64,000 nucleotides of DNA from an uncultured Rivularia sp. (lineage in GTDB: Bacteria > Cyanobacteriota > Cyanobacteriia > Cyanobacteriales > Nostocaceae), in contig OY762007.1 in assembly GCA_963665115.1 (NCBI GenBank), forward strand, positions 6,976,001-7,040,000. Reading direction: 5' to 3'. A model generated the notes under the pieces. The model did not search any database and was not told where the DNA came from. It worked only from the letters and a program-made list of their open reading frames with translations. Shown here piece by piece: positions 56,801 to 64,000 of this stretch (position 1 is its first letter; each line of letters starts with the position of its first letter). A program made the position numbers and the translations under genes.

Positions 56801-58353
56801 TGCCCAAATGCGATTTTCCCAGAAGCCAAGTTCGATACCTTTTTGATCTTCACTAATAGCTATAACGCTGAAACCAGCCCTATCTGCTAAATTGTCACCG
56901 TTTTTATCAGCATTAGGATTATCATGATTCTCCGAAATAATTTGATTCGTAAAACTCACAACGTAACCATCGTTTCGGTTAAGCGTAGGAAAGTTTGCTC
57001 TAGGAGTTAATTCTGTCTTTAATCCAGTAGGAGGATTGCTAGATACATCTACTTCATAATTTGTATAACCAGCATAGGCATCGTCTCCATTGTCATCTGT
57101 ATCTGTTTTAAGAACAATTCCATCGTTCCTTAAAGTTTGCTCGGTTTTACCGCCAAGCAAAGCCGTAGTATCTTGATAGTCAAACCAAGGTGCATTTGGT
57201 GCAGAGTCTGCTTCTTGGGGGGATTTACCAGTACCACCGTTGTAAAGAAGTAGATTGTCACCGATACTAGGAGCATCATCAACAGCAGTAACTTCGATCG
57301 TCTTGTTTACTGCTTGACTCATTCCACCGTCCCCCCATCTGTGAGAACAAATTCAACCTTACGATTAGTAGTTGAGGGATTATCCGAAACGTTTTCGTAA
57401 GTAATGTTTTTTGTAATTGTTTCTACGGCTTCTAAACTAGCTTTACTCGTAAAGGTGATTTCTAAAGGAATATCACCTTCACCACCCATGTAAGTAGCGA
57501 TAAAACTACTATTTAACAAAATACTGTTGTCAGAAGCATTAATTTGAATGCTACCGTTTTCTACGCTACGGATACTTAAGCGGTCATCGGCGCTACCACC
57601 TTCAGTGAAACGAACGGTAAGTTTACCATTATCAAAATCAATCGAATCAAAATCGGTAACTGTCGCACCAGCATTAAGAAGAATAGCAGATTCGTTTTCG
57701 GTGTAGGTTGAGATATCGCTTGTTAAAGAGATGACGGGAGCAGCGTTTGCAATTTCAGGAATTACTTCAACACTTCCTGATGGTAAAGTCGTTCCATCGT
57801 CACTAAAAGTCCAGTTTTGTGCATTCTTAATCGCTGCTAACCAATCTTCCCGCGTACCGTTAGGTATAGTATCAGAGTCAAAAGCGGCGTATTTTGCCGT
57901 ATTATCAAACAAAACTGCTGTATTATCTCCTTGGGATAAACCAGTAATTACGTTGCTGGTACTAGCACTATTCGAGTCTTCAAAACTACCAGTATTATCA
58001 ATTTGATAAATAGCAGTAAAGTCTGAAGACAGGGGACTATTTAAATTATTAGATTGTACCGCTGCAATTTGGTCTCCCGATACGCTTAAATTGAAGCTTC
58101 CAGAATTTTCCCAAGTAAAATCATTTAATTGTTGTGTACTGTTAATAACCGTACCTGCGACAATATCGCTGTTCGCAGTAAATTTAATTGTTCCTTCAGT
58201 GTCTCGAAATTCGTTACCCATCCAACCACTATCGGTGAAGTAGATTTCAGTACCTGCACTTAAATCAACTAAGGGAACAAAGGAAAAAGAATCAGGATTA
58301 GTGATATATCCAACAATTGCGATATCGCCGGGATTGAGAACTGTAGGTGCCAT
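53858..58353 (-). CDS. Large RTX-type calcium-binding surface protein (about 1500 aa), split at a C6 run at 57331-57336
   Basis: N-terminal LNPGDIAIVGY...EIYFTDSGW domain, Ig/cadherin-like domains (DxD, LDFE motifs), GGxGxD nonapeptides, C-terminal DTIYDFEDGVDKL. Frame correction restores TDG(G)DGGMSQAV. Confidence 0.85.
54360..56050 (-). repeat. Intragenic 261-bp (87-aa) tandem repeat: six near-identical units plus one diverged unit
   Basis: aggttatcgtttcca recurs with a 261-bp period from about 54441 to about 56007. Confidence 0.95.
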
Positions 58354-58939
58354 ATTAATGTGTTATTTAAATAAGGATGAACAAAAACTTTCAAATTAAG
58401 CAATTCATACTTGGAGGATAAAGCTAGATTTGTACAAATGCTTTAGCTGTTAAAAAAATAACTTGTTCATCCCATTAATTTCATCGATAAATACTCTGAA
58501 TTATCTTGAAAAAAGCATGAAGATTTTTTATGCTGCTAATACTTCACGGCGTAATCCATTGATATATAAAATTTTATGTTGCCATAAAAAGGAGAGTTCC
58601 TAACTTACATTCTTCTTGCAAAAAGTTATAGAAATACGCCGCATCTCTACATTTTTATTGCAAAGATATAATAAATAAAGGGCGTTGCTGAATTAACCGT
58701 TGAATGGAGGTAAATCCGCAGCTTAATTTGTATTGTCACCAACCCAGCCATCAATTATTGCCGCAGTTTCTATATCTATGAAGGTATCGCTTCCCCAAAA
58801 CACATCTTCAACAGTCCCCAATCTTGTATTTCCAAAAAAAAATTGCTAAAAACTGATTGCTAATTGATAATAACTTCATTAGCTTTTAGCTCTAAACTAT
58901 TAGCAATTATTAAATCAAAAGCCTACTCAGACTTTACCT

Positions 58940-59938
58940 ATGAAGGATAAAATAATGAATAAGCAATTCAATAATAGGCACTTTGTACAGAAGTGTAACC
59001 GAGTAATTCGTGTTAGCTTGTTTAGTTTGTATGCAGCAGTTGCGTTCAATACTAATAGTAGTATTGCCGCACCCGCAGGAGAATTGAAAGATTGGCGATT
59101 TTCTCCCCAAGGTTCGCAGTTAGAAATTTCTCTTTCAGCGCCATCTCGTCCGCAGTATTTTTACTTATCTCAACCTCCCCGCATTGTTGTAGATTTGCCC
59201 GGTACTAAATTAGGCTACGTTCCTACTCAACAAAATTACAACGGAGCAATTGAGAGAATTCGCGTTTCTCAGTTAAACGATGATGTAACTCGCATTGTTA
59301 TGGATTTAGCGCCAGGAACCTTTTTCGATCGCGATCGAGTACAGCTACAACCCGATTCCTGGCAAAATCCGACTCGTTGGTTATTTCGTCCCATAATTAC
59401 AGCCAACAGCAATTTTTTACCGTCGCAATATCAATCTGTTGGAGGTGAGTTCCCACCAGGTACTACAGGGCAGTTACCACCAGGTGCTTACTCTCCATCA
59501 CAATCACTCAACAATTCTCCCTATACTCCACAACCACCAGGTGCTTTTCCACAGCAGCAACTACCAGGTACTACTCTTCCAGCCCTACAACCATCAGTAC
59601 CTCTTCCACCTGGTGCAATAAATAATCCTTCACAACTTGCACCAGGTATAATTACACCACCCTCTTCGTTCCCGGCTCCTTTGCCATTAACACCTATGAA
59701 TAATGGGAATATAGGGCAGCCTACCGTAACCGTACCGCCAATTACGACGATCAATTTATCTCCACCAACTCCAAATTCGGTTCTTCCACCTGCAAGATTT
59801 CCTTCACCATCAGGAAATCTCAATTCTCCTCCATCTTTTTTCCCTACACCACAAAACAATCAACCAACAGTTAATACACAAACAAATGGTTCCCGATTAA
59901 TCGAGTTTGGACAACCTTTTCCTAATCCCAGTAGATAA
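58940..59938 (+). CDS. AMIN domain protein with Pro-rich tail
   Basis: Signal peptide, PPRIVVDLPGT, IRVSQLNDDVTRIVMDL, IEFGQP terminus. Confidence 0.85.
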   Translation: MKDKIMNKQFNNRHFVQKCNRVIRVSLFSLYAAVAFNTNSSIAAPAGELKDWRFSPQGSQLEISLSAPSRPQYFYLSQPPRIVVDLPGTKLGYVPTQQNYNGAIERIRVSQLNDDVTRIVMDLAPGTFFDRDRVQLQPDSWQNPTRWLFRPIITANSNFLPSQYQSVGGEFPPGTTGQLPPGAYSPSQSLNNSPYTPQPPGAFPQQQLPGTTLPALQPSVPLPPGAINNPSQLAPGIITPPSSFPAPLPLTPMNNGNIGQPTVTVPPITTINLSPPTPNSVLPPARFPSPSGNLNSPPSFFPTPQNNQPTVNTQTNGSRLIEFGQPFPNPSR

Positions 59939-60038
59939 AAATCAAAGATGAAATTTTGCAGTTCTTGGTTGCTTAAAATACTTTGCAGAATTATGTTGAG
60001 TTGAAAAAGTTTTTTGCAGCGAATAGTAAATAAATAAT

Positions 60039-60075
60039 TGTAGAGACGCTATAGGAAATCTATCGCGTCTCTACA
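60039..60075. repeat. REP-like palindrome TGTAGAGACGC...GCGTCTCTACA
   Basis: 11-bp perfect arms. Confidence 0.8.
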
Positions 60076-60119
60076 TCTATGCTTGTACTTTTTACAACGT
60101 CAGAAGAAAGAATAATTCT

Positions 60120-60662
60120 CTAGAATCGTTCCGTTTCTGGTGGCGCGTTTACAGCTCCTTCTTCATTTATAAAGAAGTTTTTAGCTGCATCATTTTGATA
60201 GATACATTTAATATCAAGCTCTTTGCTATCAAGTCTACCTGTAAAGCCAAAAGTGTTTAAACGATTCTTACAATCTCGTATTTGTTCTGATGTTACTAGA
60301 TTTTTTTGTCTTAAAATCTCCCAGTTACTTTGACGTAAAACACAACCAGGGCGCATACTAGGTTGACCAACGTAAACATTAAAGGGGTTAAGAGTTACGA
60401 ATAGTCTGGTATCCATTACCATTGCACTAGCTCCGTACTGCACGCAAACCTCTGGATTTGGTGCTTTGGTATCAATAAAATTACTAGAAGCTACATTAGC
60501 CGGTGTAAAAGTAGCTGTAGAACTAAAAGCGATACCAATACCAATACCTAAAATAAATATGCCCCCCAGAATGGCAATAGTTGTGAAATTAAATACTGAG
60601 GTGACAGGATTAGAACCTCTTGAAGAGGTATTACCAGATCTATTATTATATTTACGTGTCAT
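60120..60662 (-). CDS. DUF3172-like membrane-anchored protein
   Basis: TM helix, then APNPEVCVQYGASA, PGCVLR, CKNRLNTFGFTG. Confidence 0.75.
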   Translation of the reverse strand: MTRKYNNRSGNTSSRGSNPVTSVFNFTTIAILGGIFILGIGIGIAFSSTATFTPANVASSNFIDTKAPNPEVCVQYGASAMVMDTRLFVTLNPFNVYVGQPSMRPGCVLRQSNWEILRQKNLVTSEQIRDCKNRLNTFGFTGRLDSKELDIKCIYQNDAAKNFFINEEGAVNAPPETERF

Positions 60663-60923
60663 ATCTGCTTTTTGAACTTCACGCCTCGGACAAAAGGGAG
60701 TAGTGAAAAAATATCTCCCTCTTTAAGTATGACGATTATTTAATGAAATTGTCCGCTACTTTAACAATAATGTTTCAACTAAATTACAAAATAAGAGAAT
60801 GGGGAGATGGGCAAAGAGAGCAGAGAAGGCAGAGGAGGCAGGGGAAGAAAAGATTAATTAAATGAAATTGCTTCCTCCGCCGTCTTTCATTCCCAATCCC
60901 CAATGCCCAATTCCCAACTATCG

Positions 60924-61404
60924 TTAACTAGCTACAGCAAAAGTTTCTTCTAAAGGCATAAAACGAAAAGCGCGATCGCCGCCTCTTTCGATGACAACTT
61001 TTACTCTTGGCTCGATTTTGGGTAGATTTGCCAAATATTCTAATTCTTGATCCTCAAGAATATGCCCATCAATAATCCACAACACTAAACCTTTGGATTT
61101 AGGGGGCAAGTTATCTAGCTGACTACTAATAATTGGCGGTACGTAATATACGTAACCTACCGCTGCTCCTTTCTCAGTACTTTTTTTGCCTAAGTGTGGA
61201 GGGTCGTACACCATGAACTCCAGTTAAATAAGCAGCCACATCGCCCAAACCCTTGCCACTAATACACAAAGCATTGTAGCCCTTAGCACGCAATCGGCGA
61301 CGAAACCGACCTTCAAACCCGCCCTCTAAAGGTACATATACCCCTAAAGCGCCAAATTTCTCTAATTTGCGAATAAAACCGCCACCAGTAGTTAGTAATG
61401 CCAT
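60924..61404 (-). CDS. ndhN: NAD(P)H-quinone oxidoreductase subunit N, split by a +1 frameshift at 61201-61203
   Basis: MALLTTG...GALGVYVPLEGGFEGR; removing one base restores HGVRPPHLGK, then KGLVLWIIDG, VIERGGDR. Confidence 0.95.
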
Positions 61405-61761
61405 AGACCTTTTTCAAATATCGCTTCGATAATTCTATTATCAGTTAACGGTGAACGGTTAACAGTTATCAATGATCGGTGAGCAGCAAATAGTGAGCAG
61501 TGAGCAGTTAAGAGCTTTTTATTCATTACTTACGTCTTATATGAATTAAAAATGGCTCTTATCCCACAAGGGTTTTGAAGGTTATGCGAAGTGCTAAATT
61601 ATGATTTTGGAATTATCAACTCTATCTATCAAGCTGATTTCAGGATTCAATTAATATAAAACGTAAATAATACGCATATCATTAGCCCACGCAGATGGGC
61701 TTTGTTTGTCTAGCCCCAGACTTATAGTCTGAGGAGTTTGTGCCAATTCCTTTCAAAAATC

Positions 61762-61790
61762 TGGACAAACGAAAATAGATGGACTATAAT
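61762..61790 (+). promoter_or_regulatory. Candidate promoter of the rplC operon
   Basis: TGGACA-N17-TATAAT. Confidence 0.65.
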
Positions 61791-62416
61791 GTCGGGTTGT
61801 GGACAATTTATTGAAACAAGCCGTTTTGACAGTCAAGTTTTTGGGTAAGACTATTTTTAAGGATTTGCAAAAAAACTATAAAAATAAGTTAGTCAAAGTT
61901 GACAAGAGAGTGGTAAATTAAGAAGTCTTGAGGTAAACTTGGGACGTTTGGCTAAATCTTAAATAATTATTTAAGGTTTTGCGAACAAAGTGGTGATGTT
62001 GGTGACGGCATAACGTCAGCCTTTGAAAAAAGGATACTGAGCGGGTTTAGCCGCTTAAGTCCAGCGGTACGAATGATATATAAGTGCCAAAGAATTGCTT
62101 GAATAAGGCAATTCTGCACGAATCGCAAAGCTTCACAAGCATTGCATTTTTAAATCTTTAGTCCTTCCCGATCGGAAGGTACTTTTGACTGCGCGGATAA
62201 ATCGAGGATACTTTGATTTTTGTTTTAGCGCAGTAGAAGATGAAGGACAAGAAATCTCCGATGGAAGTTGGATAGCTATTACCTGAGCATTTCCGGACTT
62301 CTGAGTTTTCTTGATAATAAGGCGGGTAGTTTCTTTAAAAAGTAACTCCATGATTGCCTCCAACATCTAAAGTTCCGATACAAAACGGAAAACTTATAGA
62401 AAGGAGACTTGTAACT

Positions 62417-63049
62417 GTGTCTGTAGGTATTCTCGGCACCAAAGTGGGTATGACTCAGGTTTTTGACGATGCAGGAAAAGCAATTCCTGTCACCGTTGTT
62501 CAAGCCGGGCCATGTACTGTAACCCAAATTAAAACACAGCAGACCGACGGTTACTCCGCCATTCAATTAGCCTATGGTGAAGTAAAAGAAAAAGCTTTAA
62601 ATAAGCCTAAGTTGGGGCATTTAGCAAAATCATCTGCCTCGCCCTTGCGACATTTAGAAGAATATCGCGCCGAAAATACGGGTGATTATTCTTTAGGTCA
62701 GCAAGTTAGCGCTGATATTTTTGAAGCAGGTCAGCTCGTAGATATAGCTGGAACAAGTATTGGTCGCGGTTTCGCGGGCAACCAGAAACGTAATAACTTT
62801 AGTCGAGGTCCGATGTCTCACGGTTCTAAAAACCATAGAGAACCTGGTTCAATCGGTGCTGGTACTACTCCCGGTCGTGTTTATCCCGGTAAGAAGATGG
62901 CAGGCCGTTTGGGAGGCAAGCGTATTACGGTTCGCAAGCTGACAATCGTGCGAGTCGATGCAGAGAAAAATTTATTGTTAATTAAGGGAGCTATTCCTGG
63001 CAAACCAGGAGCATTAGTTAATATTGTCGCTGCAAAAGAGGTGAAATAG
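62417..63049 (+). CDS. rplC: 50S ribosomal protein L3
   Basis: GTG start after [44 protein letters not shown]. Confidence 0.98.
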   Translation: MSVGILGTKVGMTQVFDDAGKAIPVTVVQAGPCTVTQIKTQQTDGYSAIQLAYGEVKEKALNKPKLGHLAKSSASPLRHLEEYRAENTGDYSLGQQVSADIFEAGQLVDIAGTSIGRGFAGNQKRNNFSRGPMSHGSKNHREPGSIGAGTTPGRVYPGKKMAGRLGGKRITVRKLTIVRVDAEKNLLLIKGAIPGKPGALVNIVAAKEVK

Positions 63050-63226
63050 TCATTCGATTTTGGATTTTGGATTTTAGATTTTGGATTGAATAAGCTCAAA
63101 TCGGGTAAAAAATCAAAATCTGAAATTAGGTCATTGATTTTCCGCGAGCATAATTACTTAGCGGTAGAGCAAATGATAGATAACTAAAGACAAATGAAAA
63201 ATGACTAATTTAAAAAGGACAAAAAA

Positions 63227-63859
63227 ATGGTAGATTGTGCAGTTAAAAATTGGCAGGGAGAAGAAGTCGGACAGAAAACCTTGGAATTAAAAGTTGCCAA
63301 GGAAGAAAGTGCTTCTCATGTCGTCCATAGAGCCTTGGTTCGACAAATGACTAATGCTCGCCAAGGAAACGCTAGTACTAAAACCCGAGCCGAAGTTAGG
63401 GGTGGTGGTCGCAAACCCTGGAGACAAAAGGGAACGGGACGCGCTCGTGCTGGTTCTACTCGTTCGCCATTATGGCGCGGTGGTGGTGTAATCTTTGGAC
63501 CAAAACCCAAGGAATACAACTTAAATATGAACCGCAAAGAGCGTCGTTTGGCTTTGCGAACAGCCTTCGGTAGTCGTGGTGAAGACATAATTGTAGTTGA
63601 AGAATTTAGCGAACAATTACAGCGTCCGAAAACCAAAGATTTAGTAGAAGCTATTTCTCGTTGGGGTTCTCAACCCGAACAAAAAACTTTATTGATTTTG
63701 TCGGAACGTTCAGAAAACATATATTTGTCAGCCCGTAATATAGAAAACGTTAGGCTGATGGTAGCAGACCAACTTAATGTTTTCGATTTACTGCACGCAG
63801 ATAAAATCGTGGTAACTGCATCAGCATTAGATAAAATTCAGGAGGTTTACGGTGCCTAA
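63227..63859 (+). CDS. rplD: 50S ribosomal protein L4
   Basis: [27 protein letters not shown]. Confidence 0.99.
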   Translation: MVDCAVKNWQGEEVGQKTLELKVAKEESASHVVHRALVRQMTNARQGNASTKTRAEVRGGGRKPWRQKGTGRARAGSTRSPLWRGGGVIFGPKPKEYNLNMNRKERRLALRTAFGSRGEDIIVVEEFSEQLQRPKTKDLVEAISRWGSQPEQKTLLILSERSENIYLSARNIENVRLMVADQLNVFDLLHADKIVVTASALDKIQEVYGA

Positions 63860-64000
63860 ATTTGACCCCCGCAATCTTCCCGATTTAGTGCGTCGTCCGA
63901 TTGTTACCGAAAAGGCGACAATTCAGATGGAGTACAACAAATACACTTTTGAAGTGTTGCCAAAAGCAACCAAAACTCAAATAAAAGCGGCAATTGAAGG
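63852..64000 (+). CDS. rplW: 50S ribosomal protein L23, partial (runs off the window)
   Basis: Hand translation from GTG 63852: [49 protein letters not shown]. Confidence 0.95.
   Translation, partial: MPKFDPRNLPDLVRRPIVTEKATIQMEYNKYTFEVLPKATKTQIKAAIE

Noticed and set aside
58680..58820. Possible MITE GGGCGTTGCTGAA...TTCAACAGTCCC
   Set aside because: The inverted ends are too imperfect and there is no second copy in the window.
62354..62416. Absence of rpsJ before rplC, and the N-terminal extension of L3
   Set aside because: rpsJ normally lies elsewhere in cyanobacteria; the extension is an ORF-caller artefact (RBS plus GTG at 62417).

Overview
This is a cyanobacterial chromosomal window: it carries psaD, ndhD, ndhN, sqdB/sqdX, many HIP1 GCGATCGC sites and heptamer STRR repeats. 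The repeats suggest a filamentous Nostocales-type strain, which is an inference. The left 4.2 kb is a defence-like island. A translationally coupled pair encodes a Cas4-like PD-(D/E)XK nuclease with four Cys ligands and a full-length prokaryotic Argonaute with an apparently intact D-E-D-D tetrad. The pair is preceded by a small unknown ORF. It is transcribed divergently from an XRE-HTH + ImmA/IrrE (HEXXH) metallopeptidase pair, with a GTTGAC-N7-GTCAAC inverted repeat between them, so it is a candidate protease-switched, inducible pAgo-nuclease system. The rest is mostly housekeeping: thrS, thrB, the ycf46/ycf35 operon, a cyaB-type cyclase, purC, bamA-lpxC-fabZ-lpxA-lpxB, mnmH, nfi and rplC-rplD-rplW. 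There are also two toxin-antitoxin pairs, a TPR-CHAT protease, an FHA/flavoenzyme cluster, a large RTX protein with 261-bp tandem repeats, and several REP/MITE-like dispersed repeats. Seven genes carry homopolymer frameshifts that are most probably assembly errors. All calls come from reading motifs by eye; no database searches were run.
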